From Longimicrobiales bacterium (GTDB lineage: Bacteria > Gemmatimonadota > Gemmatimonadetes > Longimicrobiales > Gaopeijiaceae), in NCBI GenBank assembly GCA_963664435.2, contig CAXXKM010000002.1, positions 736,001-800,000 on the forward strand: DNA of 64,000 nt, in the 5' to 3' direction. The translations under genes were made by a program, and so were the position numbers. Below, piece after piece: positions 1 through 11,526 of this stretch (positions are counted from its first letter, which is position 1; each line of letters opens with the position of its first letter). The notes under the pieces are model-generated. The model was not told the DNA's origin, made no database searches, and worked only from the letters and a program-made list of their open reading frames with translations.

Positions 1-1379
1 ATGTCGTGAATCCCATGGCCGGGGGTGTCGAGCTCGAAACGGCCCACCCGGTGGGGGCTGGTCGGGTCTTCGATGTTGATCACGTCGAAGCGCACGCCGT
101 TGTTCACCGCGTACACGTGGTTGTCATGGACGAAGACGTTGTGCACGCCGCCGGTCAGCTCGTCGTCGAAGGTGGAGAGGATCTCGACGTTGCGCGGATC
201 GGAGCAGTCCACGATGACGATGCCGTTGCGCCGGTTGGACGCGCCCTCGCGCGAGATCACGCAGACGCGGCCGTCCTCGGAGACCTTCACGTCGTTGGTG
301 GTGCGCGCGTCCACCACCAGGGAGTCGGTTATGACCGGGGCGGCCGGGTCGGTCACGTCCCACCAGTAGGTCGCGCCGAAGGCGCCCCAGGTGCCGGTGA
401 TGGCGTAATCGCGGCCGTCGACGCCTTCCCACACCCACAGGTCGGAGGTGGGGACGTCCTGCACCGCGCCCTGGCCGATGAACTCGACCGTCTCGCTCAC
501 GTTGCGGGGCTCGATGCGGATGGTCTGGTTGGCCGAGTGACCGGGCACGGTGGCCATGACGGTATACACGCCCGGCTGGTACGCCACGAAGCGGCCCTGC
601 TGGTCGATCTCGGCGGGCGCAAAGTCCGCGGTGGCCTCGATGTCCGCATAGGGCACGACCGAATAGGTCACCGGGATGTCGCTGGGCTCGTCCCCCGCCA
701 TGGGCGCGGCCTCGAAGCGGATCACGTCGCCGGTGCGGCCCACCTCCTGGCTGCCCGACAGCGAAACCGAGGTGACCGGGCTCGCGACCACGTCATAGAC
801 CACCTCTCCCGCGACCCCTTCGGCGGCGGCGCTCAGGGTGACCTGGCCGGGCGCATGCGCGACGAACACGCCGAAGCGGTCGACGCTGGCGACCGACTCG
901 TCGCTGGTGCTCCAGCCCAGCTCCACGTCGCCGCGGACGTCGTCGACCGCGTCGTACACGGTGGCCCGGTGGCGCATCACCGTGCCCACGTAATAGCGCC
1001 CGCTCTCGCCCGGCGAAATCTCGACCCGGTCGAGCGGCGGATACGGCACTGCGACGATCATCTCCGCGCGGATGTTGCGGTCGGTGGCGACCATCAGCGT
1101 CACCAGGTACTCACCCCCGTACACGGCCTCGACGGCCCCGGTGGTGCGGTTCACATCCAGGCGGCCGCGCGCGCCCCGCGCCATGTACATGATCGGGGCA
1201 TCGACGGGATTCCCCCCGGCATCGACCACGCTGGCCGCGATCTGCCCGGTCTCCCCGGGCTGGAGGGTGAGCCGGTCTTCCTCCACGACGATGCGCGCCG
1301 GCTCCTGGGCGGCGAGGGACGACGCGCCGAGCGCGAGCAGGGCGGCGGACCAGAAAGCGGCGATCGGACGAATCTTCAT
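1..1379 (-). CDS. Secreted Ig-like/LVIVD-repeat protein (partial, runs off left edge)
   Basis: Not in the ORF track because it is open at the edge. Manual translation from ATG at 1379 gives signal peptide MKIRPIAAFWSAALLALGASSLAAQ, an Ig-like segment (WSTSDESVASVD) and LVIVD-type repeats (WDVTDPAAP, IVIVDCSDP, GGVHNVF, VINIEDP). Confidence 0.8.
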   Translation of the reverse strand, partial: MKIRPIAAFWSAALLALGASSLAAQEPARIVVEEDRLTLQPGETGQIAASVVDAGGNPVDAPIMYMARGARGRLDVNRTTGAVEAVYGGEYLVTLMVATDRNIRAEMIVAVPYPPLDRVEISPGESGRYYVGTVMRHRATVYDAVDDVRGDVELGWSTSDESVASVDRFGVFVAHAPGQVTLSAAAEGVAGEVVYDVVASPVTSVSLSGSQEVGRTGDVIRFEAAPMAGDEPSDIPVTYSVVPYADIEATADFAPAEIDQQGRFVAYQPGVYTVMATVPGHSANQTIRIEPRNVSETVEFIGQGAVQDVPTSDLWVWEGVDGRDYAITGTWGAFGATYWWDVTDPAAPVITDSLVVDARTTNDVKVSEDGRVCVISREGASNRRNGIVIVDCSDPRNVEILSTFDDELTGGVHNVFVHDNHVYAVNNGVRFDVINIEDPTSPHRVGRFELDTPGHGIHD

Positions 1380-1520
1380 CTGTCATGACTCCATGCGACG
1401 GGTACCTCGGCGAGCCCTGAAAACTTGAGCGACGAGCGGTTTTGCGCAAATGAAATCGGGACTCTGCGCGTCAGGAATGGCCCTGCGCCTCACCTTGGGT
1501 CCTTCCGGCGTCCCCGGGAC

Positions 1521-2447
1521 CTAGAAATTCACCACCAGCGCCATGGTCAGCACCCGGTCCGACTTGGCCAGCGGGATCGGCACCTTGCCCGTGGACTCGC
1601 CCGCCACGCTGGTCAGCGGGACGTCGACCAGCGAGGGGCGGTTGTCGAACAGGTACTGGAACTTGGCCTGCAGCCCGAAGTGCTCGCTCATCGAGACGCC
1701 CAGCGCGGTTACCCAGTCCGCGCGCAGGTCCGCCGGATTGAAGCCGTTCTCGTCCACCACCAGGGTGCTCTTCAGCTCTGTGTTGTCGGTCAGCTGGATC
1801 TCGTATTCGCCGGAGACCTGGAGTCCGATGAAGGTGTTGGCGGCGTCGGGATCGGGCACTACGTCGTCCTGCCTGGTAAAGGTCAGCCCGTAGGAGCTGC
1901 GCAGCTGGTGAACTTCATCCTCCATCCACCGGGTCGCCATGCCGGCGACCAGCACGTAGCGGCCATCGATGCCGGTGAAGGTGTTGCGGGCCCACCCCAG
2001 CTGGCCGAAGACGGACGAGCGCTCCGAGAACTCGCGGTCGCCGCGAAAGCGGATGTGGTAGTTCTCCGCGGACACCCGGGTCTCGTTCTCCTCTTCGACC
2101 CGATAATCGTCGGCGGTGCCGATGGCGGAGCGCCTGAAGCGGGTGGTGTTGGTGCGCAGCGCTCCGAACTCCAGTTTGGTCTCGGTCCGCTCCCACTCGG
2201 TGATCAGCTCGTTGGCGAGTCCGAAGGTGGTCGATTCGGTGTTGCCGCGCGTCTGGATGAAGCTGAACTCGCTGGAGTTGGACCACTCCGGGGGGAGGGA
2301 GATCGGCGGGATCTGCGCGCTGGCGTCGGAGTTTGCGGCCAGGAGCAGAGCGAGGACAAGCGAGAAGCCGGGAACGCCGCCCTGGCTGCGGGCGAGGCGG
2401 TGGCGAAGGAGAAAGCCCGGCGCCGGCAAGGAGCAATGGCGAGGCAC
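1521..2447 (-). CDS. DUF481-like outer-membrane beta-barrel protein
   Basis: Signal peptide ending ASAQ, motif FSFIQTRGNTES, alternating beta strands, C-terminal Phe (LVVNF). Start uncertain; ORF is open to 2579. Confidence 0.7.
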   Translation of the reverse strand: MPRHCSLPAPGFLLRHRLARSQGGVPGFSLVLALLLAANSDASAQIPPISLPPEWSNSSEFSFIQTRGNTESTTFGLANELITEWERTETKLEFGALRTNTTRFRRSAIGTADDYRVEEENETRVSAENYHIRFRGDREFSERSSVFGQLGWARNTFTGIDGRYVLVAGMATRWMEDEVHQLRSSYGLTFTRQDDVVPDPDAANTFIGLQVSGEYEIQLTDNTELKSTLVVDENGFNPADLRADWVTALGVSMSEHFGLQAKFQYLFDNRPSLVDVPLTSVAGESTGKVPIPLAKSDRVLTMALVVNF

Positions 2448-2539
2448 GAAGCCCGCAGGGCGGGCGAGTCCCGGACGGATGCCGGAACCCGCGTCCGGAG
2501 CGTGCTCGTCCGGCGGCTCGGCCGGCGAGCGCCCGCGTA

Positions 2540-2995
2540 TTACCAAACGCCCTCGTAGCCGTCCGCGGCCAGATTCCATTTGGGTCCGAAGACATGCACC
2601 CGGTTCGTCGGCGATGAGCCATCGGTGAGCTCTCCGCCGGCGTGGGTCCAGGCGAGCAGGCTTCCCTCCAGGTTCAGCACCGGAACACCCTTCCTGCCCA
2701 TGCGTCGGGCATATGCCGAACTGCGCGCTCCGACCGTGCAGTAGGCGACCACGGTACAGTCCCCCAGCTCGTCGAGCCGGCCATCGAGCTCCTCGGGCGT
2801 GATCGCGTCCGGGAGGGTGGACACCGCCCGTTCAGCGGGAGGCCGGACGTCGACCAGCACGGTGTCGTTCGCGGGCAGGCGCTCGCGCAACTCGACCGCG
2901 TCGATGGTCTTCACATCCGGAAAGCGCCGGCCCACCTGCGATATCATTCCGTCCAGCGCGCGCCGCCGCTCATCCTGTGAAGCCTTCCTGTTCAC
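2540..2995 (-). CDS. Rhodanese-like domain protein
   Basis: LVDVR...E..VS.LPDA, active-site loop YCTVGARS, NLEGSLLAW. GTG start at 2995 inferred. Confidence 0.85.
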   Translation of the reverse strand: MNRKASQDERRRALDGMISQVGRRFPDVKTIDAVELRERLPANDTVLVDVRPPAERAVSTLPDAITPEELDGRLDELGDCTVVAYCTVGARSSAYARRMGRKGVPVLNLEGSLLAWTHAGGELTDGSSPTNRVHVFGPKWNLAADGYEGVW

Positions 2996-3090
2996 CCTTC
3001 GTCCCCTTTCCCGGGTACGTTCACGTCCATCGACGACATCCGGCCATCCATGCGCCGCGCCCGCGGGCATCGCGCTGGATTCCGGCGTCC

Positions 3091-4005
3091 CTACACGAAG
3101 AAAACGCCCCTCTTCAACCCGGCCGACTCCGCCCACTCGCCCGCGGCCATCTTCTTCCCCCCTTCGGGCCTCACCTTTGCGACCAGCAACTGGCCATCCG
3201 GGGCCGCGATGCGGATCCCCTCCGGGCCGACGCCGCTCACCCGGCCGGGACGAACCGACAGCGCCTCATCGATCCGCGAAGCGCCGTAAAGCTTTACCCA
3301 GGCGCCGTTGAAGGTACTCCAGGCGCCCGGCTGGGGATCCGCCCCGCGCACCAGGTCCCACGTGCGGCGCAGCGGCAGATTCCAGGACACGCGCACGTGC
3401 TCGTGCCTGCACCAGCCCTCGTAGGTGGCCGCGGAGTGGTCCTGCGCGATCTTCGGCGCCTCGCCCGCGCGCACCAGGTCGACCCCCTCGAGCATGGCGT
3501 CGACCCCCATGGGGAAGAGGTGGTTGAAGTAGAGACTGCCCAGGGTGTGATCCCCGATCCCGACCTCCTTCTGAAGCAGGATCGGGCCCTCGTCGAGCCC
3601 GTCGTCGGGCCAGAAGATCGAGAGCCCCGTCTTCTTCCTCCCCCAGATGATGGGCCAGTTGATGGAGCTGGGTCCTCGATGGAGCGGGAGCAGGGAGGGA
3701 TGATACTGGATCGTCCCGCGGGTCGGGATGTTGAGCGCCTGCTCGGGCACGAAGAGGGTGACGTAGGCCATCACGCCCAGATCGGGACGGAGCGACTGCA
3801 TCTGCGCCCAGGTGTCCTCGCTCCTGAAGGAGGAGGGCTGGAAGAGGGGCAAGCCGTGTTCGCGGGCCGCGTCCGCGAGCGGATCCGGGCGCTGACCGGG
3901 CTTTTCGGGACGGGTGTAGACGCCGACGATCTCCTCGCCGCGCTCCACCAGCGCCTTGAGCACGGTTGCGCCGAAGGCCTGCTGGCCGTTGACGATGATT
4001 CTCAT
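3091..4005 (-). CDS. Formyltransferase (Fmt / 10-formyl-THF hydrolase-domain-like)
   Basis: QYHPSLLPLHRGPSSINW and FWPDDGLDEGP motifs, Fmt C-terminal domain. Confidence 0.85.
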   Translation of the reverse strand: MRIIVNGQQAFGATVLKALVERGEEIVGVYTRPEKPGQRPDPLADAAREHGLPLFQPSSFRSEDTWAQMQSLRPDLGVMAYVTLFVPEQALNIPTRGTIQYHPSLLPLHRGPSSINWPIIWGRKKTGLSIFWPDDGLDEGPILLQKEVGIGDHTLGSLYFNHLFPMGVDAMLEGVDLVRAGEAPKIAQDHSAATYEGWCRHEHVRVSWNLPLRRTWDLVRGADPQPGAWSTFNGAWVKLYGASRIDEALSVRPGRVSGVGPEGIRIAAPDGQLLVAKVRPEGGKKMAAGEWAESAGLKRGVFFV

Positions 4006-4045
4006 GAGGGTTCTCTGTGAGGGACGATGGCGTCCGGCGCGTGCC

Positions 4046-6085
4046 TCAGCTCACCGGGCGGCTGGCGTTCATGACCCAGCGGTCGTACCAGGCGAGGTAG
4101 CGCTCGTAGCGGTCCTTCTGATAGCTGGGGACGCGGATGCCGTGGCTCTGGCCCGGGTAGACCACGAGCTGGGTGGGCACGCCGCGCCGGCGCAGCGCCT
4201 GGTAGAGCTGCTCGGAGTTGAGGATGGGCACGTTCCAGTCGTCCTCGCCGCCCATGATGAGGGTCGGTGTGCTGACCTCGTGCACCTTGTTGAAGGGGCT
4301 GATGCGCTCCCAGTTGTCGCGGTTGTCGCCCTCCCACGGGAGCCCAAGCTCAGCCTCCCACTGCCGCTGGTAGTGGTCGTGCCCGTAATTGGCGATGTAG
4401 AGCACTTCGCTCGCCCCGGTGATGGCGCCCTCGAAGCGGTCGGTCTGGGTGATGACGTAGTTGGTGAGGATGCCGCCGTATGACCAGCCGCCCACGCCCA
4501 GCCGGTCGGGGTCGGTCCAGCCCTGCTCGATGGCGTAGTCGATGCCCGCCATCACGTCCTTGAAGTCGGGGTTGCCCCAGTCGGCCCACAGCGCCGCCGA
4601 GAAGTCCTGCCCGTAGCCCGACGAGCCGCGCGGATTGGTGCGCACGACCACGTAGCCGTGGGCCGCGAAGAGCTGCGACTCGAACTGGAAGGAGTGGCTG
4701 TACTGGGAGACGGGGCCGCCGTGAATGCGCAGGATCGTGGGATAGGCGCGCCCTTCCTCATAGTCGGGCGGGAACGTGACGAACCCCTCGACTTCGATTC
4801 CGCCTTCGGAGGGGAACTGGATGTTGCGGGTTTCGGCGATGTTGACGGTCTGGAGGAAGGCGTCGTTGTGGCCCGTGATGCGGCGCAGCGCGGCGTCGCC
4901 GTCGTCGAAGTCCTCCACGGCGTAGATTTCGCCGGGACGGTCCAGGTAGTTGACCCGGGCCGCGAAGGTGCCGCCGTTCCAGTCGAAGCCCGATGCCGAG
5001 AGCCCGCCGGAAACCGGCCGCTCCAGGTCCGAGCCGTCCGGGCGGATGCGCGCGATGTGGTTTTCAGAGGAGTCCTCGAGCCCGAACCAGATCCATTCGC
5101 CGTCCGGGGAGAAGCGGGGCGAGCGCACATTGCGGTCCAGGTCGGTGGTGAGCAGGCGGGGCTCGCCCCCGTCCGCCGGGACAACCGCGAGGTGCGAGGT
5201 GGCGTACCAGATCAGGTCGGGACGGATGCCGGTGCTGTAGGCGAGCCAGCGACCGTCCGGGCTCCACTGCGGTGAACCGTCGGAGCCGGGGTTGGTGGTG
5301 ACCTGCCGGGGGGAGTCCGTGGGCTCCTCGAGATCCGCGGACACCACCCAGATGTCGTTGTTGGCGTTCAGGTCGGGATCTTCCGTGCGGTTGGAGACGA
5401 ACGCGATCCGGGTTCCGTCCGGGCTCCAGACGCCCAGGGATTCATTCCAGCGTCCCGTGGTGAGCTGCCGCAACTCTTTGGCATCGATCTTGTAGACATA
5501 CAGGTGCGTCATACGTGAGCCGGTCAGGTAGCCGGCGCCGTCCCGCTTGAACTGGATGCGGTCGATGACCCAGGGATCCTGCGGGGCGTTGGGCTTCGCG
5601 TCCTCGTCCTCCTCCTCGGCATCGCGGATGGTGAGGAGGAGACGGGTGCCATCGGGGGACCAGCGATATCCGCTGATGCCCTGCTCGACATCGGTGAGGG
5701 GGAAGGCCTCACCGCCGCGCCGGTCCAGCGCCCATACCTGGGTCGCGTCCCCGTCGCGAGCCGCGGTGAAGGTGAGGTATCGGCCATCCGGGCTCCAGGC
5801 TGGAGAGCCGGCCGACTGCTGGTCGCGCGTGAGCGGGACGGGGTCGCCGCCCGAGACCGGCGCCATGTATACGCGGGTGTAGGAGCGTTCATCCTCCAGG
5901 GAGGTGCGCGAGACCGTATACGCGACCCAGTCGCCCTCGGGGCTGACCACCGGCGAGCCTACGTTCTCGAGCTCGAAGAGGTCGTCGACCGTGATGTTGC
6001 GCCGCTCCTGCGCGACTGCGGCTGGAGGGGCGAGCGCAGCCGCGAAAAGCACGAACCCGAGGGCTGCCGTTACGAGAGCCTTCAT
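4046..6085 (-). CDS. S9 family peptidase (acylaminoacyl/dipeptidyl peptidase) with WD40-like propeller
   Basis: Signal peptide MKALVTAALG..., repeated WSPDG, IHGGP, nucleophile GGWSYGG, His in YPGQSHG. Confidence 0.92.
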   Translation of the reverse strand: MKALVTAALGFVLFAAALAPPAAVAQERRNITVDDLFELENVGSPVVSPEGDWVAYTVSRTSLEDERSYTRVYMAPVSGGDPVPLTRDQQSAGSPAWSPDGRYLTFTAARDGDATQVWALDRRGGEAFPLTDVEQGISGYRWSPDGTRLLLTIRDAEEEDEDAKPNAPQDPWVIDRIQFKRDGAGYLTGSRMTHLYVYKIDAKELRQLTTGRWNESLGVWSPDGTRIAFVSNRTEDPDLNANNDIWVVSADLEEPTDSPRQVTTNPGSDGSPQWSPDGRWLAYSTGIRPDLIWYATSHLAVVPADGGEPRLLTTDLDRNVRSPRFSPDGEWIWFGLEDSSENHIARIRPDGSDLERPVSGGLSASGFDWNGGTFAARVNYLDRPGEIYAVEDFDDGDAALRRITGHNDAFLQTVNIAETRNIQFPSEGGIEVEGFVTFPPDYEEGRAYPTILRIHGGPVSQYSHSFQFESQLFAAHGYVVVRTNPRGSSGYGQDFSAALWADWGNPDFKDVMAGIDYAIEQGWTDPDRLGVGGWSYGGILTNYVITQTDRFEGAITGASEVLYIANYGHDHYQRQWEAELGLPWEGDNRDNWERISPFNKVHEVSTPTLIMGGEDDWNVPILNSEQLYQALRRRGVPTQLVVYPGQSHGIRVPSYQKDRYERYLAWYDRWVMNASRPVS

Positions 6086-6321
6086 GATGAACTCCTGAAC
6101 CGATGAGTGATGATCCTGACCGTGAGGAGGCAAAGATGAGCGATGAAGCCAGGGGAAACCGGGCGCAGGCAAGAATAACAGCGAGTGAACGGGGGGCGCG
6201 ACCCGAATCGCCCGCGCGCCCGCGGGGCGTGGAGTTCCCGGTGAGCAGGAGCGGATCGGGAGTGTCCGCTGCGGTGGACAGTGCCGGACCCGGGGGTGCT
6301 CGCCGGGTGACGTTTCCGTTC

Positions 6322-6714
6322 ATGCGAGTCATGCTGGCAGCTGCGGTGACCGCCCTCGGCGCAGGCTGCGCCGCGGGCGCCGGGGAGGGAAACCCGGCCA
6401 TCACGCCCGGCCTCGAGGATCAGATCGAGATCCGCATCATCAACAACAACTTCAGCGACGCCCGCATGTACGCGGTGCACCCCCGTGGGCGGGAGTACAT
6501 CGGCATGCTCACCGGGAAGACGGAGGCCAACTACACTCTCGACTGGGACATGTCGCAGACGCTCTCAATCGAGATTTCGCTGCTCGCCGGCGGGACCTGC
6601 ACGACGGAGGAACTGATCGTCGATCCCGGCGAAGCCCTCTTCCTCAGCATCGATTCCACGCTGGCCACGATGACGAACTGCCGGGGGAACGCGACGGGGG
6701 TCGGCGGGGGTTAG
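6322..6714 (+). CDS. Hypothetical lipoprotein
   Basis: Lipobox-like [16 protein letters not shown] and GC3-rich codon usage. Start uncertain; ORF is open from 6103. Confidence 0.6.
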   Translation: MRVMLAAAVTALGAGCAAGAGEGNPAITPGLEDQIEIRIINNNFSDARMYAVHPRGREYIGMLTGKTEANYTLDWDMSQTLSIEISLLAGGTCTTEELIVDPGEALFLSIDSTLATMTNCRGNATGVGGG

Positions 6715-8144
6715 TCGCGGTCGGCTGCCAGCCTCAGTGCCCCCAGACGATCTTGTCCCGCTGAGGTAAGGCGAAACCGCTGGTTTACGCTGCTCGGCTT
6801 CTCGGGAATCGTCATCTCGATCCAGCCCTCCTCAAGGCAGGGCTTGAGATACCGCTCACGCAGGTTTCCGAGGTTGCGGAGCCCCAACGCGGTCAGGATA
6901 TCCTTTCGGCTCATGTCGCCCGAGATGGCGAGAAGAAGTTTCTCTCGTGGTGTGAGAACGGACACCGGTGCCGGGACCTCCGGCAAGTCTCCCTTGGGAT
7001 GTGGCTTGGGGTCTTCGACGCCATTGGCGGTCCGGTCATCCCCTTGCCCATGAATCGGCCGACCCGATTGATGCTCCCGCACCTCCCGGTTCCCGAGAAG
7101 TGACAGGTCGTACTGTCTGGACGCAGGTTGTGAAGCCGGTGCGGCAAGTTGGTCCTGTAGAGGGTCACCTCGAAGGACTCTGTGCAGCGCCTCCGGCGTC
7201 TTCGGATTTGGCCAGGGCTTCGCACCACGATCAAGTAGCCGCTCAAGGCCCTCGGAACGCTCGCCGCAAGCGCGAACGTAAACCGACACGAATCTCAGCT
7301 TGTCCAGTTGGCCGGTCGCCCCTGACCAGGTACCCCCATGCCCATAGTCCGAGTTGACCACCAGGGCGGCGTCCGACAGCGCGTAAATGAGCTTGTTGCG
7401 CTGCATGGCGTGGCCCACCAGGAAACGGACGGCCGGATCGTAAGGACAAACCAAAACGAGTCGCCCGTCCATCAGGGCGCCGCGGTTTCCCCGGTTCAGG
7501 GCCGCGCGTTCGAGGCCGTTGGCCAAGACGCCGACCGACCCGCCCCCGGCCTCTAGTGCGCCCCTCATTGCGGCTTGGTCGATTCCACGCGCTCCACCGG
7601 ATATGATCGCCGTTTTCGCTTCAGCGCTGAGTCGACCCACGTTTTCGGCGTACTCGACAAGGTCTTCCTTGACGTTCCGCGAACCGACCACCGCCAGCCC
7701 GCCACGTTCCAGAATCGTGCGATCTCCGCACCCGTAGAGAACTGGCGGGGCGTTTCCTCCCATCCGGGCCTTCAGCCGCCGCGGATAGTCTGGGTCAGCC
7801 CGGGTTACGATCCACAGGGCGCGGGCACGCCACCGTTCAACCGCCTGTGCGAGGAGGAATCCGCGGTCAAGCAGCCGTTGGATTCGTTCGCCGTCCAAGC
7901 CGGCTCGGCATTGGCGCAACACGTTGATAGCCTCACGACCGAGCAAATCGGCAGGCTCCCGTCGGGCGGCCCGAAGCTGCTTGGCGAAATCGCGGTACTC
8001 GGCGGTGCTTAAGGGACGGGGGTTCGCAGAACGGGCATTCCCCTTCACAGTCCGTGGCCGCGACGGGCGCCTGCGGGAGCCCGCGAGCAAAGGCGCGGTC
8101 AGCAGCAGAATCGCCTGCGCGTTTGGGCTTAGGTCGGCGGTCAT
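6711..8144 (-). CDS. DprA/Smf family protein with C-terminal Fic-like winged-helix domain
   Basis: DYP.RL...[46 protein letters not shown]-terminus [35 protein letters not shown] overlaps the upstream stop (TGATG at 8142-8146). Confidence 0.88.
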   Translation of the reverse strand: MTADLSPNAQAILLLTAPLLAGSRRRPSRPRTVKGNARSANPRPLSTAEYRDFAKQLRAARREPADLLGREAINVLRQCRAGLDGERIQRLLDRGFLLAQAVERWRARALWIVTRADPDYPRRLKARMGGNAPPVLYGCGDRTILERGGLAVVGSRNVKEDLVEYAENVGRLSAEAKTAIISGGARGIDQAAMRGALEAGGGSVGVLANGLERAALNRGNRGALMDGRLVLVCPYDPAVRFLVGHAMQRNKLIYALSDAALVVNSDYGHGGTWSGATGQLDKLRFVSVYVRACGERSEGLERLLDRGAKPWPNPKTPEALHRVLRGDPLQDQLAAPASQPASRQYDLSLLGNREVREHQSGRPIHGQGDDRTANGVEDPKPHPKGDLPEVPAPVSVLTPREKLLLAISGDMSRKDILTALGLRNLGNLRERYLKPCLEEGWIEMTIPEKPSSVNQRFRLTSAGQDRLGALRLAADRD

Positions 8145-8600
8145 CAGCTCCCACGCAGTGACGAGAGAGCGAGCGGCCACACCTCGCCGCTTCCGTAATG
8201 GCGCAAGAGCCACGCGGCCACTGCAAAGGTCCAGCGCGAACCGACGATATCGTCCACCAGAAGGACGGACCCAGGCAGTGGCTTTTCGTGCACTTCCAGC
8301 ACGCCGTCGAGGTTGAGTGCCTGTTGCAGGCTGTTGGCCATCGACTTTTGCTCTTCGGGCGCCCTCGTCTGTTGGAGAACCGCGCGAAACGGCAACCCCA
8401 GAGCACGTGCAAGCCTTCGGGCAAAGTCTGGAACCAGGTCCGGGTTCCGGCGCGAGGGAATGCAGGTCACCCACGACGGAGTGGGTTCCGGGTTCCATCG
8501 TTGCATCATCCGGACGCAGGCGTCAACGAGCTCATCGTCGAATCTACTTCCGAGTTTTCCTTGCCGGACCCTCTCGCCCCATCCCCCGTCGCGCTTCGCA
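8144..8600 (-). pseudogene. Orphan phosphoribosyltransferase-like (ComF-type) domain resembling the C-terminus of RecQ-PRTase helicases; 5' part missing
   Basis: GWGERVRQGK...[26 protein letters not shown]...QKSMANS.QQ..N...[13 protein letters not shown]. No helicase domain and no convincing start; the amidase gene ends at 8685. Confidence 0.65.
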
Positions 8601-8684
8601 CGTCGGATCTCTCGGTCTTGGCCCGTCCCGACATCCGCAAATGTTCGAGAACCAGAGCTGCGACGGGATCGTCGCGTCGAGTCG

Positions 8685-10238
8685 CTAGCGCAGCGCCGGG
8701 GCGCTGGCCGGCGGCCTCCGGTGTCCCGTCGCCTGCTCGAAAGCATAGCCGAAGCGCATCAGCATCCCTTCAGCAAAGGGGCGGCCCAGGAACTCGATTC
8801 CGATGGGAAGGCCGTCCGGGGTGAAGCCGGCGGGGACGGTGACCGCGGGCCAGCCCGTCAGCGGACTGAGCAGGCGGTTGTCGCCGAGCCCGTAGTCGTC
8901 GGCCGGGGAGGGATTGGTCTCGACGTCGGGGGCGATGAGGGATGGCGGGTGGTCGAAGGTGGTGTGCACCAGCGCGTCGAGGCCGTGGTCGGCCATCACC
9001 TGGTAGACATCCTGGCGGAGCTGGTCGCGGGCCAGCATATAGGCCAGGTACCCGGGGTCGCGGGTGGTCTTCCCGAGTGAACCCGCCAGCCCGGTCGCCC
9101 TCCAGGGCGTCACCCGCCCGCTGAGCAGGATGGAGCGCAGGGTCGTGTAGGGCGGGTCGCCGAGTTCCGCCAGGTAGGCGTTGGTGGCGGCCTCGGTCTC
9201 GTGGGAGTTCAAGGAGTAGATGGCGTTGACCCGGTCGACGCCCGGGATGGCGACGTTGTCCACCACTTCGGCGCCCAGCGCACGCAATTGGTCGACGGCG
9301 GCGTCGACGAGCGCGCGCACCTGCCGGTAGCCCTCCGAATCCGTGTCCAGCGCCTGGTCCATGGGATCGCGGATGATGCCGATGCGGGCCCCGTCGAGCC
9401 CATCCTCGGAGAGCCCGTCGCTGTAGGAGTCCGGGACCCGGCCCACCGACACCGCGGTCACCGGGTCGTTGGGGTCGTACCCGGCGATTGCGTCCAGGAG
9501 GATGGCCGCGTCCATGACGGTGCGGGTCATCGGCCCCATGGTGTCGGTGGTGGGGTTGGCGGGCATCATCCCGTATCGGCTGACCAGCTGCAGCGTGGGC
9601 CTGAGCCCGACCAGCGAATGCACCGCCGACGGCCCGCGGATGGAACCGCCGGTGTCCTCTCCGATGCCGATCATCCCCAGGTTGGCGGCCACGCCCGCGC
9701 CCGTTCCGCCGGACGAGCCGCTCGGGTTGCGCCGCGGGTCGTACGGGTTGCGGATGAAGCCGAAACCCGAGCCCACGTAGCGCGAGGCGAACTCGCCCAT
9801 GTTGGTCTTGGCGAGGATGAGCGCGCCCGCGTCCTTCATGCGCGTGACGATGGTGGCATCGCGGGAGGACACGAAGTCGCTGAAGAGCGCCGATCCGTAG
9901 GTGGTCGGCATGCCGCGGGTCTCGACCTGGTCCTTGAGGAGAACCGGGATGCAGTGCAGCGGCCCGCTGAGTCCGCCGGAGGCGAGCGCCTGGTCGAGGC
10001 GGGCGGCCTCGTCGAGGGCGGCGGGGTTCAGGTTGGCGATGGTGTTGAGCCGCGGTCCCTGCTGGTCGTAGGCCTCGATGCGGCCGAGGTAGCCCTGCAC
10101 CAGGTCGACGCAGGTCAGCGCCCCGGAGAGGAATGCGGCGTGCACCTCCGCGATGGTTGCTTCGTCGAGCTGGAAGTCCTGGGCGAATGCGGCGCCGGGG
10201 GCAGCCAGGAGCAGGCTGGCGCCCAGCAGGAGCCTCAT
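8685..10238 (-). CDS. Amidase signature family protein (secreted)
   Basis: [28 protein letters not shown]; signal peptide [20 protein letters not shown]. Confidence 0.92.
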   Translation of the reverse strand: MRLLLGASLLLAAPGAAFAQDFQLDEATIAEVHAAFLSGALTCVDLVQGYLGRIEAYDQQGPRLNTIANLNPAALDEAARLDQALASGGLSGPLHCIPVLLKDQVETRGMPTTYGSALFSDFVSSRDATIVTRMKDAGALILAKTNMGEFASRYVGSGFGFIRNPYDPRRNPSGSSGGTGAGVAANLGMIGIGEDTGGSIRGPSAVHSLVGLRPTLQLVSRYGMMPANPTTDTMGPMTRTVMDAAILLDAIAGYDPNDPVTAVSVGRVPDSYSDGLSEDGLDGARIGIIRDPMDQALDTDSEGYRQVRALVDAAVDQLRALGAEVVDNVAIPGVDRVNAIYSLNSHETEAATNAYLAELGDPPYTTLRSILLSGRVTPWRATGLAGSLGKTTRDPGYLAYMLARDQLRQDVYQVMADHGLDALVHTTFDHPPSLIAPDVETNPSPADDYGLGDNRLLSPLTGWPAVTVPAGFTPDGLPIGIEFLGRPFAEGMLMRFGYAFEQATGHRRPPASAPALR

Positions 10239-10241
10239 CGG

Positions 10242-10288
10242 GCGCGGAGTGCGAGAGCAGGTGCGCGGAGTGCGAGAGCGGGTGCGCG
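10242..10288. repeat. 21-bp tandem duplication
   Basis: GCGCGGAGTGCGAGAGC(A/G)GGT at 10242 and 10263, plus a partial third copy. Confidence 0.8.
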
Positions 10289-10518
10289 TCTGCCGTGCAA
10301 AGGGAAGCCATCCGGGATTCATCGGCGTTCTCCGGCGGGGCATTGTGGTGGACTTGTGGAAGGGCATCTACGTTCTCTCCTCGTTTCCGGGATGGCAAGC
10401 AAAACCGCTTGCATCCGCTTGCGGCCGGGGCCATGGTGAGACGCCCCGCCACCCGTGGGTGACCGCAACCCGTCTACCATTCGGTATGACCCGGCAAACA
10501 TCGCAGAGACCGGAAAAC

Positions 10519-11439
<921 letters not shown>

Positions 11440-11526
11440 CGCGCCGGCTCCGTCGGCGCCGCCGGTCCCCCGCCGGTCCGGGGTTGGACCTCTCGAGGAG
11501 CGGCCCCCGCGTCCGGGGGTGACCCG

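Noticed and set aside
6..1388. 460-aa plus-strand ORF and other long antisense ORFs (e.g. 12091-13905, 27890-30514, 33056-35587, 54434-56800)
   Set aside because: These are high-GC shadow frames opposite well-supported genes and have no motifs.
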